Source: a virus
DNA length: 64,000 bases
Direction: 5' to 3' (one strand)
IMG/VR virus record: IMGVR_UViG_3300028840_005764
Span: 32,001-96,000 of that record
Each line of letters opens with the position of its first letter. Positions within the stretch are counted from its first letter, which is position 1. This document shows positions 12,601 through 21,500 of this stretch, in pieces. The notes under the pieces were generated by a model, which was given only the letters and a program-made list of their open reading frames with translations, was not told the DNA's origin and did not search any database. A program made the translations under genes and the position numbers.

Positions 12601-12653
12601 ATTGGAAGCTATGGGTTGGGTCTATAGTTATCGTCGCGCAGGAGCAGATATAG
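6612..12653 (+). CDS. Giant (2013 aa) tail fibre/receptor-binding-like protein with repeated beta modules
   Basis: Acidic, G/T/D-rich beta composition; internal repeats; BNR-like SRDHGSTW; tail context. Confidence 0.65.
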   Translation: MSNHLCTGYLNLRIKNAVTGEEKNSRHPNAFVMSANLQEGMFNDIVGGRGGYSVGVGAMCMFLRTDGGYRYEKDTHTVLYIDHYNMSDLWDHYWAAGSADYMRRRQYPSANRTATLTEGINAVASFISGWDNYRYLTENVVGFPTNYYGIPAISFIDLQGTAISPLLFKHEKGFNNIFNHATAGTDIALSQGDVEIEGVYSPDYLQHRWYCIYYANEGGTGIIDSGVGERDDGSVSTGSDTFTANSGTAPFAGDASDVGRYIVIKNATNAINNGVFEITAFISTTQCTVDATTINQPFVTEGGASPSGLEWTLRDGPVGEYLIRRNTYTRQNTQGTTVPSYAYGGGRLYGMRHEYHGTEEVGMFGYESVFDRGASWWWIHRRDDESTTRAGAGINRWLHMAPRGFDPVYQDGDIQNMPTGIRAWRSINIDDENKIWAAWSNYDYQPDPPHADKILARIDPYPSGNARYPAVTDLHDPGNYDLFEAQTGPTDDEGLCSNYPIGICCDEINGRVIVAHNPGNLHVGETYEDMEKGGFSYTENAGAAEYGDAWKRLHLLHSASGTVTPSGTTLNGTSTFFQDEFAVGDWIRPEPKPATGQITSMIPADYTDGDWFTLDDGLNDPVKFFFDVSGSYSPGSPPAGWQYVTITITGLGTDVLIADQIRTDVNGTSNLDITAGNTTAQVDFTADNDGDRANNTITEMIQAPTKTLNPSGLSGGIIRAFEITGITNQTTMTISPTYPESYTNLTIEKGALTAAQAVVYTRYHTPSTDTSDYTIRCYVDYDKQGNFFWVSDDGNQINKWSFSKGYAESRTTAEFSRVATDKIRNLVVTRFKTDGFSDHAFEGNVWTGSFGLNAALRIDNDGTNDFLKCQVTQYHHSASDNWPTEIQIRDYDHDYGLYVLWNPNIGALGLWAPYSAGIERHYWVINTVHSGIPLGYCPRLGSLSELSDSESTWSVIHDMRWDDVGMNNQLLVGHGKSTDYDANTRDALYSFGRMSYLWDGQSWYLTHLVSHRYYDLDFENTTGDGPFTEETLSVGNGLKRMHDDFQLMQDGLYIRFVDSGAASQTDEFVQDETTTFAAYIGVGKDNTQEVEYSIERYSSPTVHRDRSEPMKGLSNMWTVDGGIDGGYIHDLTVQRTVPFHRGVAEYDGYASYGQDGSATGTQADYYYNFFNQDGYDEHDDPDDAHFMAALRIKDESDGVDEFPGDGFVTNGSDVFTTETYAVGSITALPNDGTPWSTGLKDGDTFTLDDGVNSPTTFWFDASGSGSGSGVEIDISAVSTPGDVADLIRSAINSAASLDITADSNLGDPYITLKNDATGSAGNQVITESLANIASLRPVGMRMHTFSAADEGKSIFIENATTAGNNGQAVILEFNPSGSDPNEVKVDRTFNAGDESGVNTLRWKLRDIPAVAYVVYTVEYTDRMDTMVGGIDWKLYSSRDHGSTWTQVKKWLSYNGVSINDPLSTVQDHGVYWNDYDYVGTYHYRTDALRGSPSLWFDLRDLPEASRRRQYWKVYRSYYGGTNGQHRFSSVRLLDANGAYIGVLDTQQLSDRSDEHYVSNLTELYKLNVFEGGGTIAATDDNDGDNLTYILTTSTTDLYEDTGSGNAKITRMGNIQITSDTFVPTDVGKLIRISDANDSDNDGFANITTYINAREVITDKAFTYEDGTFDWQILYMGEDDQICFYQDPYSTDDTFFLSDRYMPLRNFNPQILDVPANNTIYLKTDNVPLQIGGTPFSGFKFFVYRALDTQSSSNPGRAGSTDINLAMWVSQRGGGVYASDVLEFITLIATTAGATSPADDDGDSRTDIVDLPVDVNAFDVAVGDYIVIEGNTSNYGRRVHEIRNINVETLGAAETWTLTALVKGSYSNGDYFVMDDGINPVVSFYLDVDGLYDAPAGTVEIDISGTSTAIDVANAIRTAILEAPIRITPDAPGAALINLTADQAGTQAANDIQDFTTGGLSPTRGATASDGTTQLQVWYDEILVSKSFSFSIVRRRPDWKLWVGSIVIVAQEQI

Positions 12654-14530
12654 CACTTTCGAACCCAGCCGTCGCCGCCCTTGTCGGCGATGCAGAAAGA
12701 GTTCGCTTCATACACTTGCCCAATATGCCTGGGTCTATCAAGGCGTATGTGGTGTATGTTGCACTGTTGACTTCGCAAAAGAAACAGTTTGTTTTTAAGG
12801 AAATAGAGTCTCTCCTGACGGACCCGGCTAAAGAGCTCATCGCCCCAATGAATGATATTGCGCACAATGTAATACCAAATGATGAGGCTGTGGATATTCA
12901 GAATTTTTATATAATAGAAACCAATACAAACAATAATGTTCTCTTCTTGTGGGACGATGGTGCAGATATATGGAAGATGGTCTATGATTTCCAGAATCTT
13001 CAAACCACGGTTATTCCGCAGGTGGCGTTCGCCGGTACACACCCAGTTCTGGCTCGGGACTGGATGCTGCGTGCGTTTTATGTGGTGTCGCGTGATTTGA
13101 AGCTCAGAAATGAATTGACTGTTCCTGAGCTGGATATTGTTACGCATTCAGCATATCGTTTGCTGAGTTTTGATATAGACGATAAATCATCAGATAGTTT
13201 TGTTTATTACATAGGTAATTATGACAATAAAGCTAATATTCCATTGCCATTGTCGACGGACGCGTACACCAGAATTCTTTTAGATTGTACGCGCGAAACA
13301 CTGGGCCCAGGTGCTCACCAGACTGTTGACATTATTGGCGGTTTAGTTTTAACAAATACTACACCAAGTCTTGTTCATACAGGGCAACCCGGGCAGATTG
13401 GTGAATCATGGCTTTTTGAATATCAGTCGGGTTGGTTTTCAAATTGGAATATTCCATTAAGTGCGCCACTATCATTTACTGATTTTTCCGTAAGTGTTTG
13501 GATATATGGCGGTGCTGATCAGCCAGTCAATAGCACTATAATCTATGGTAGAGATGCTAGTTCAAATAGAGTTTTTGAAATACTTCTACCTTGGGGAAGT
13601 GGCACTGTTTATTGGCGATGTGGGAATAGCGACACAAGTTCTTATGACCAGTTAACATATACAGGTAGTGCTAGTTATTACAAAGGTAAATGGACACATT
13701 ATCTTTTCACCAAAAGCGTGTCTGGTGGAAGGATGAAAATATTTAGGGACAATGTTCAAGTTGCTAGTACAACAGGAAAGACACGTTTTCTTTCAGATGT
13801 GGACGCCCTTTGGGTGGTGCCAAGATATTCTGGTTATGTGGCTGAAGTCGTGTTCATGGACAAGGAAGTTGTGACATCTGAATTGGCAAACATATACAAT
13901 AGAGGACTGCAAGGAAACCGTATTGATAGTTCTATTGTCGGGGGTTTGGAGCATTATTGGACTTTTGATAATTATGATGCAAGAGTTATAGTTGATGATT
14001 CTGGTAACGCGTACAACGCTGTTATCAATGACGAATGGTCAATTTCTGATGAAGGTGCCATTCGTATCGGCGATTATCCAGCACAAATTAATCAATGGGA
14101 TGTTGGAGGGCCTGGCGCTCAAATCACAATAGAAGCTTGGGTTACTCCTAAGTTTATAAGCCAATTGGGTTACGTAGTGAATGGCGATATAAGATTTTAT
14201 TATGACCTGAGTGGTGAATTGCATTTTGAATTTGATGGTGCCAGTACCCATCATTTGCAACAGGTTGCATTGCACACTATGAGATGGAACGAACCAAATC
14301 ACATCGTGGTTTCACACACCTTTGGAAACTCTACAAACACTTTCATGGCTATCAACGGGAACCCGGTGCCATCACAATGGATGTCTGGCGACGGCAATGA
14401 AGATCCGTCTTTTGGCTTGATTAATACAACTATCGAAACTGGATTGTATGATATATTGAGTCAGTATAAGATATCCTTTATAGCAAAGACAGAAGCTGAG
14501 ATAAAAGATTATATAACAGGGAGAGTATAA
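12611..14530 (+). CDS. LamG/concanavalin-like domain tail protein (start uncertain)
   Basis: FSVSVWI...KWTHY..T and ITIEAWV..NHIVV LamG-like signatures. Confidence 0.65.
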   Translation: MGWVYSYRRAGADIALSNPAVAALVGDAERVRFIHLPNMPGSIKAYVVYVALLTSQKKQFVFKEIESLLTDPAKELIAPMNDIAHNVIPNDEAVDIQNFYIIETNTNNNVLFLWDDGADIWKMVYDFQNLQTTVIPQVAFAGTHPVLARDWMLRAFYVVSRDLKLRNELTVPELDIVTHSAYRLLSFDIDDKSSDSFVYYIGNYDNKANIPLPLSTDAYTRILLDCTRETLGPGAHQTVDIIGGLVLTNTTPSLVHTGQPGQIGESWLFEYQSGWFSNWNIPLSAPLSFTDFSVSVWIYGGADQPVNSTIIYGRDASSNRVFEILLPWGSGTVYWRCGNSDTSSYDQLTYTGSASYYKGKWTHYLFTKSVSGGRMKIFRDNVQVASTTGKTRFLSDVDALWVVPRYSGYVAEVVFMDKEVVTSELANIYNRGLQGNRIDSSIVGGLEHYWTFDNYDARVIVDDSGNAYNAVINDEWSISDEGAIRIGDYPAQINQWDVGGPGAQITIEAWVTPKFISQLGYVVNGDIRFYYDLSGELHFEFDGASTHHLQQVALHTMRWNEPNHIVVSHTFGNSTNTFMAINGNPVPSQWMSGDGNEDPSFGLINTTIETGLYDILSQYKISFIAKTEAEIKDYITGRV

Positions 14531-14796
14531 TGGAGTTTCCTATTCATATCGTGATTGAAAATCATACATCATCAAATATTACATTTAATCTCAGGCAAAT
14601 ATTTTATTTTGGCCATGTGAATTTAGAAAATTCAACACCTTTGATAGAAGCTGGTTCACAATACGAATTTGATGCAGGTCTTTGTGATGGGAGTGATTAT
14701 ATCGACGCTATGCGACGTTATTGTAGAAATAATGAAATCATATTCAATCCTAGTACTGGCATCTGGGTCACGGTGACGGATAACGAGCCGCTCTAA
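14530..14796 (+). CDS. Hypothetical protein
   Basis: TAATG-coupled ORF in tail operon. Confidence 0.5.
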   Translation: MEFPIHIVIENHTSSNITFNLRQIFYFGHVNLENSTPLIEAGSQYEFDAGLCDGSDYIDAMRRYCRNNEIIFNPSTGIWVTVTDNEPL

Positions 14797-14822
14797 AGCC
14801 CAGAAAACAGAGGTGAGCGGCT

Positions 14823-17800
14823 ATGCCAGACATTTTTCTTGGGGAGTTAGATCTAGATCTCACCCCGCCTTATGTCCAGAATGAGGACCCAGCACCAGGT
14901 CAGACAAACGTCTCTATAGAAACCGCTATAAGTTTCAACATATTGGAACCAAATTTTGAGGCTGGCGTTGATCCTGACACCATCACTGTCACCGTCAATG
15001 GCACCAACGCCATCCTCGATGGGTTTTTCCAGACGGGGTACAACGGATCAATCTCCCCCATCACATTGGGTTTAGCTGTTGGATACCGCGTCATCATTGT
15101 GCCAGCTATCTACCTGTCAGACGACAGTACCTTCCTCATCACCGTAGACGCAGATGACCTTGCTGGTATTCCGAACACGATGCCAACGCACAGCTGGACG
15201 TTTTACACCGGTGAGCAGTTTGATACCAACGCCCACATTTTTCTTGCCAACTCTATGACTCAGACGGTGAACTCTGCATCTTCTGCATTTCAATCAAAGT
15301 TCAATCAGGTGCAGGCCGGGAGCCATGGCAACATTTCGTTGTCCGTGGAGAAGGATAACCCAGACCCGACGAAGAACTATCAGATCCGTACTATCGTTGC
15401 CGGTCGCCTTGATACAAAACTCAACGTGGTCCAAAACACTGAACTTGAGCTCGGTGTGGGCCAGATTACGTATGAGGACGAGAAGGTCTTCAAGGGCGAT
15501 TATCAACCGCCATTGGTTGTAGTGGATGATGGTGATGAAGTCTATGGCATTAATCGTACGTTCAATCGTATGGTGTACTCATCTATTAACAACCCAATTT
15601 TCAATCTTAGATTAGTAGATAGAGATGATGATACTTTCTTTGTTTTTTATAGAGATGGCATTGGGGTTAAGGCGTCAGCTGTAAATAAAGTTAATACATC
15701 TGGTTCAACTGGAATCACAGCGCTTTTGGTAAGCGGCGCGAGCGGCATGGATGCTGCTGTTAAATTATCTTTTACTTCGTTTATGGTTGCTAGCCTCAGT
15801 AGTTCCTCTGCTGGTGGTGTTAGAACATATACAATGGAAATAGTTAAATGTGATCAATATGTTGTTAATGAAGAGGTGATCAGCCCGTTTCAATTCACAG
15901 GCCCAGACGCATCAGACGCAGGGCACTTAGATCTCATAGCTGACGGTAGTGGGAATGTTTATGGAACTTTCTATTATACAGAAACTGGCAATGATATAGA
16001 TAGAAAGATTCGTTTTATAAGGTCATACGATAACGGGAATAATTGGGATTTTGTTTATTTTCCAGGCACGAATGAAATCTCCACATTACCAAACTTTTTT
16101 GATGAGATTGGATTTGATCCATACACTACAAATGGTGATGGTCTTGAATATCCAAGATTATCATACGATCCAATAAATGAAATTTTCATCATTACCGTGA
16201 TGTCTAAACGTACCGCCCCTGATGCCGGCGCAAGATGTGGAACAGCGTATTCAAAGGATTTTGTTACGTGGAATAGATTGAATTACCCTGTATTCAGAAA
16301 TTTTGTTCAATTATGGAGTACAGCTGAAGATTTGGATACAGATGAAAAGAGTGCAAAGTTAGTGAGATTCAATAATAAATATTTTTCTATATGTTCAGAT
16401 TCTGAAGGTATTTATTCTTGTATATTCGAAAGTGAAAATGAAACGCATGGTTCACGTCGTGGTTTGGTGTGGGCTGGGGACAATAGTTCTGCGACTGGTG
16501 GTTATCGTATAGATAAGCACGACTATGCTGTTTTTAATAATGTATTGTATTATGCGACTGAATTCTTAAGTACTGGATTCGCAAAAATTGGATTTGTAAT
16601 TCATGCATTGGGTGGGCATACCAATTTGCCTGATAAAACACAATACAGCGGTGGATGGTTCGGTACAGTTGGAGAACCAGATTCTGATATTGGATTTTCT
16701 AAAACTGTTGGTGGTACAAGTAGTGCTTCATCAGATCAATATGGATTAACTATTACTGTAAATACTGGTGCAGCAGATCAACTTTATTACGGTAGAACAG
16801 ATCTAGATACTAGCGTCATGAAAGACGATGGCGCAAAAGTCAAGTTTGTTATTAAACCAGTACAAGACGGAGGACGAACTTCTGACAGCGCGCAAAGAAT
16901 ACATTTGAAACTTCCAAATACGGGCAATACTGATAATTTTCATATTACAGTAAGAGTTAGTACAGATGGTATATATGTAGTTAATGAATCACCAGGTGGT
17001 GAATCTGCACAGTTCGCTATAACTATAAATGATTTCTATGAAATATTATTGGTTGCGAAACCATCGTCTACTACATGTGTGGTGAAATGTTTCTATAGAT
17101 CTGTATACGCTAATGCGCTTTGGACACCCGCGTCTATTGAAAGTACTACAGACACGTGGATAGAATTAACCGGTATACCGACGTTTACTTCTCCTGATAC
17201 AACTTCTAAAGGCGAATTTCATTTTGGTTTGATCGGCCCACAACCTTCTCAAACGTCTGAGGCCATTTGGAAATCAGTGTATTATTGTGATGGTGTTGAA
17301 CCAACAGATATAGAATTCACAACAACGGATTCTATTGATACGTATAATCCTTCGACAGATGAAGCTAGTTTAGATTTATTGCCAATAGGACGTGAAGGTA
17401 TACGGCAACGTACAGTCGGTAGTGTAGATACATGGCAACGTACAATCAGCGGTATTATACTGCGTTGGCACGGCTTGGATGCTTTCAAAAATGACAGTTG
17501 GACTTTTAATACTACAAGTGATTTTAATGAAGTAAATGTAACTAGTAAAATACCAAAGCTTGTTTATCGCACAGAAAATACAAGTTCTGATCAATCAGTA
17601 TTATTCTTTTCTGAAGATGACGATATGGGCGCATATATTATGGATACATTCATAATGTTAAATACAAATTTCCGTTATTGTAAAATACAGGCAAATAATG
17701 ATGGTACTACTTGGTCGCCAGCGCCATTGGAGCTTGATGTAGATTTTGGTTTAGAAGATGGCACAATATATGAAACGACATTAAGAATAAATGAAGATAT

Positions 17801-18572
17801 GTTGACTATCAGATGTGTTGATAAAGAGTGGTTACATGGTGAGTTGCGAGGTAAATACATTCTCCTGGAACGAATCTTCGAACCGCATGTGGTAGCACCT
17901 CCGGGTTCTGATCAGGAATACAGAAATGTTGCTTTTAAAATCGTGGATAATGGTGCTGATTTTGTCATAATCAGCACAGCTGGTTTGATAGATGATGCCG
18001 CACATGGCGGGGCTTCATCCCACTTGTTTCAAGATCAACGTGTTGTGGCTGGAGATTCTTTTGTTATTTATGATTCAAGAATGAGTTTAGTTACACGTGA
18101 TGTTTCTGCTTATAAATATGTCAGGTTTTTCATTAGACAATCTGATTTATGGTCCGATCCGTGGGGTAATAACCAGCCAAGTTTGCCGAATGAAGACTCA
18201 TGGTCAGTTGGCGAATTAGACTTTGGGAAACGTATCGAGTTGGAAGACAACTTTAGCTATGGATCGACTCGACAATTACAACAGAACAATACAATCAAGG
18301 AGAATGACTATGGCCAGTCAGATGTAACGAATCAAGGAGAGCCAATTCACGTATTCTCTATGGTATACAACATTACTTCCGATGATGATGCTGATGCGCT
18401 TCAAGCGTTGTACGATGCCGCCAACGAAGTAGGTCAGCCGTTTTGGTACATTCCTGATGTGGTAACAAGCCCAGAGGAATTGTACCTTGTTGTATTCTCT
18501 AAGGATTATTCGTATTCAAAGACACTCCCAGATCGGCAGGATATCAAGTTCTTGTTGGAAGAGGTCGTGTGA
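14823..18572 (+). CDS. Tail-tip/distal-tail-like protein with N-terminal Ig-like domain and BNR repeat
   Basis: GAGGTGA RBS; DLTPPYVQNEDPAPGQTNV Ig-like start; RSYDNGNNW Asp-box; C-terminus paralogous to next gene. Confidence 0.6.
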   Translation: MPDIFLGELDLDLTPPYVQNEDPAPGQTNVSIETAISFNILEPNFEAGVDPDTITVTVNGTNAILDGFFQTGYNGSISPITLGLAVGYRVIIVPAIYLSDDSTFLITVDADDLAGIPNTMPTHSWTFYTGEQFDTNAHIFLANSMTQTVNSASSAFQSKFNQVQAGSHGNISLSVEKDNPDPTKNYQIRTIVAGRLDTKLNVVQNTELELGVGQITYEDEKVFKGDYQPPLVVVDDGDEVYGINRTFNRMVYSSINNPIFNLRLVDRDDDTFFVFYRDGIGVKASAVNKVNTSGSTGITALLVSGASGMDAAVKLSFTSFMVASLSSSSAGGVRTYTMEIVKCDQYVVNEEVISPFQFTGPDASDAGHLDLIADGSGNVYGTFYYTETGNDIDRKIRFIRSYDNGNNWDFVYFPGTNEISTLPNFFDEIGFDPYTTNGDGLEYPRLSYDPINEIFIITVMSKRTAPDAGARCGTAYSKDFVTWNRLNYPVFRNFVQLWSTAEDLDTDEKSAKLVRFNNKYFSICSDSEGIYSCIFESENETHGSRRGLVWAGDNSSATGGYRIDKHDYAVFNNVLYYATEFLSTGFAKIGFVIHALGGHTNLPDKTQYSGGWFGTVGEPDSDIGFSKTVGGTSSASSDQYGLTITVNTGAADQLYYGRTDLDTSVMKDDGAKVKFVIKPVQDGGRTSDSAQRIHLKLPNTGNTDNFHITVRVSTDGIYVVNESPGGESAQFAITINDFYEILLVAKPSSTTCVVKCFYRSVYANALWTPASIESTTDTWIELTGIPTFTSPDTTSKGEFHFGLIGPQPSQTSEAIWKSVYYCDGVEPTDIEFTTTDSIDTYNPSTDEASLDLLPIGREGIRQRTVGSVDTWQRTISGIILRWHGLDAFKNDSWTFNTTSDFNEVNVTSKIPKLVYRTENTSSDQSVLFFSEDDDMGAYIMDTFIMLNTNFRYCKIQANNDGTTWSPAPLELDVDFGLEDGTIYETTLRINEDMLTIRCVDKEWLHGELRGKYILLERIFEPHVVAPPGSDQEYRNVAFKIVDNGADFVIISTAGLIDDAAHGGASSHLFQDQRVVAGDSFVIYDSRMSLVTRDVSAYKYVRFFIRQSDLWSDPWGNNQPSLPNEDSWSVGELDFGKRIELEDNFSYGSTRQLQQNNTIKENDYGQSDVTNQGEPIHVFSMVYNITSDDDADALQALYDAANEVGQPFWYIPDVVTSPEELYLVVFSKDYSYSKTLPDRQDIKFLLEEVV

Positions 18573-21500
18573 TGGTGCAGACTGGTTTTTTACATAATCG
18601 CGCCTTACACAAGTTAGCTGCAATTCATTCTGAGGACACAGCAGAATATAAGTATGCAGTAGAAAGCACATCAAATATCAATCCTGCAGAAGAAAATGCA
18701 GCTGAGTTTTCTATTATTGATTTTGATCCGACACAAGATTTAGAAGTACACAGCACGTCTCCTAATACGTATTATGGTATGCGTGTAAGAAATATCAATG
18801 GAGGCCCATTAATTGATAAACATAGCAATTATCGTTATCCAGTTGATGTACCAGATTTCGCTCTGGGAACAGCTCGTTTCGCATTAGTTGATTATGTAAA
18901 TGATTGTATTGATAACAAGGCTAAAGACGAATATTGGTCATTTTACAATCATAGTGTAATTTCAAGTTTATCCTCTGACAGAGTTAAGCATTCTGGCCAC
19001 AGTGATGGCGAAGTTCTAATGTGCAGCTTCTATAAATATGCTGGCAATTTCTATGAAATATATGTTTCTGTTTATAATGAATCTACTGAAACTTGGGGTG
19101 CTTATATATTAATAGATACGATACCAAGATTTCTCATTAGTGCAATTAATATAGATTGTTCTCCAACATTTTTGACTGTTCCTAATCTTGGAACGCTTTT
19201 ATTGTATTATTCTATATCACAAGATGCGTATGGTTCGTTGGATTATTCTGCTCAAAATGTAACTATGGCAATCACTAAAAATCACGGACAAACATGGGAG
19301 AAGTTTGGTAGTTTTACTTTGGATCCCTATCATGGAAAAGTTGTGCCATCAGACGTGCTATTAGAATGGGGTTGTACCGTACTGAAAGCTATATATCACA
19401 ATAATAAAATTATATTAGGTACTATGTTACAAGGTACTGATTCACCTGGCGCTCCTGCTGATGATGAGTTAAGAAGTCAAAGAATATTAAACATAGTTTA
19501 TTCAAATGATTTAGGCAAAAGCTGGACAACAGTACCATTTGAATTTGTTAGTGCTTCAACGCTTGGTGGTATACCGGCGACTTCATATAACTATGGTGAT
19601 AGTAATAATAGTGGCCCAGCTAATTTCGGCCTTGGTGTTGAACCTCAAAGCGACAAAGTTGTTGTTGTACTTAGAAGTACTGGTGATGAAGAAATAATTG
19701 AGAATACTGAAAAGATATTTTTCTTTTATAATATTGATGACGATTTGGGGCAATGGGGTGCATCTACTGTTGGTAGCCGTAATTATCGTTTGATTGATGA
19801 TTTTTCAGAGAATAGTCTTGAGACGCGTGCTAGTGGTTCACTGATTGCTGTAACTAAATCTAATTTGAACGATGGCGACTATTTTATTTTGAATGATGGT
19901 GTAAATATAGCAACAGAATTCTATTTTGATGTGAGCGGCACATATACTCCTCCAAGTGGAGTAGAGATTGATATTAGTGCTACTGCCACTGCACAAGATG
20001 TATCAGATACTATTGTTTCTGTAGTCAACGGTGTGGGTACACTCGATATAACAGCTATAAACTACGGTGGAACTTCTACAAGAGTTTTATTTATAGCAGA
20101 TAATTATGGATCAGCGGCAAATAACAAAATTATTGAATATACCAATTCGACATTGAATGTCGATGGCATGTCTGGCGGTATTACATATCCAGTTTTGAAA
20201 TATTTGATTGAAGATATTGATATTGGTTCAACCGTAACAGACACTCCATCCAATTGGCATGTGTCTGGCGGTTATTTAGTACAAGATAGTTATATTAACG
20301 ACCCAAGCCGTGCTGGTGGTGCTGGAGGCACACAACTAATTTATAGAGAACATGACGATCCTACATTAAATAGAACAGTCGGTTTGCATGTAGATGTAAA
20401 ATACTTTTTTGATGTTTTCCACACTGTTGGAAGTGGCGTATTTGGGTTGGGTTTTTGTAGGCAAGATGAGGATTCGTATTATACGGTTGAGATAGATACG
20501 ACTAACATCGCATATGGTATATGTGATATGAATATATATTTAATTAATGGCGCCATCGGGACAAGAACAGCAATTAGTTCATCTGCCCAAATCCCATTTA
20601 ATTATATCAGCGGAGACGGCGCTATAGATGTAATCTTTGAAGGTGATGATACAATTAGAGTATTTTTCAATGGTGATTTAATCTGTACTGCTACAGATAA
20701 TATATTAAGAACAGGAAGAATTTTCTTGTTCTGTAATGGTATGGCTCCAATCAGATTCGATAACTGGGGTTTGTTAACCAATATTGAAAGAAAGAATGTT
20801 ATTGGTACCGGGGCTGATGATGGTTTTAGTAATATCTTCCCAATGGTTGGATCAAATATAGAGTTAGTTGTTGATCAATACAATCAAGCGTGGATCGCTG
20901 CAGATATCAAAAGTACTCATTGGGGGTCTACGCAATTCAATTCATTTGGTGTTGCATTTAACAAATTTGTACTTGAAAGAGATGTAGAACGTGTAGAGGG
21001 AAAATTCTTGGCAAAGGATACTTATTCTGTAAAGTTTCATAATTCAAAATATTTCAATGATGATTGTGGTTATTATTTCTCGCCACATGAATTTGGTTTG
21101 TATCCAACCCATTATGATACAACACCAACCACACGCGTGTTCATGGAAGCTTTTCTATGGCACAAAGAAGAACCTGTTTTCTATATCCGCAGCGGTACGG
21201 ACAGCAGCGGTACAGAAGAATTATTTTTAGTACAAAGAGCTATATATTCTACAAGAACAATATCACCTAATTTTGGTTCAGTTTACAGCGCTGTTCCTTG
21301 GACATCGGATCCAGAGTACTCAGGTTGGTATCTGAATGGTACGTACACAGATGTAGATGGATGGTTCATACGTACACAACAATCTACTGGTTGGATTGAA
21401 CAATCATATGTATTTGATACTGATACCTTTAGCACTGACGGCAACAGAGCGATGCCGGTTAGATATTGGGATTTTTATCATCGAGGCTTCGTGTTCTTAA

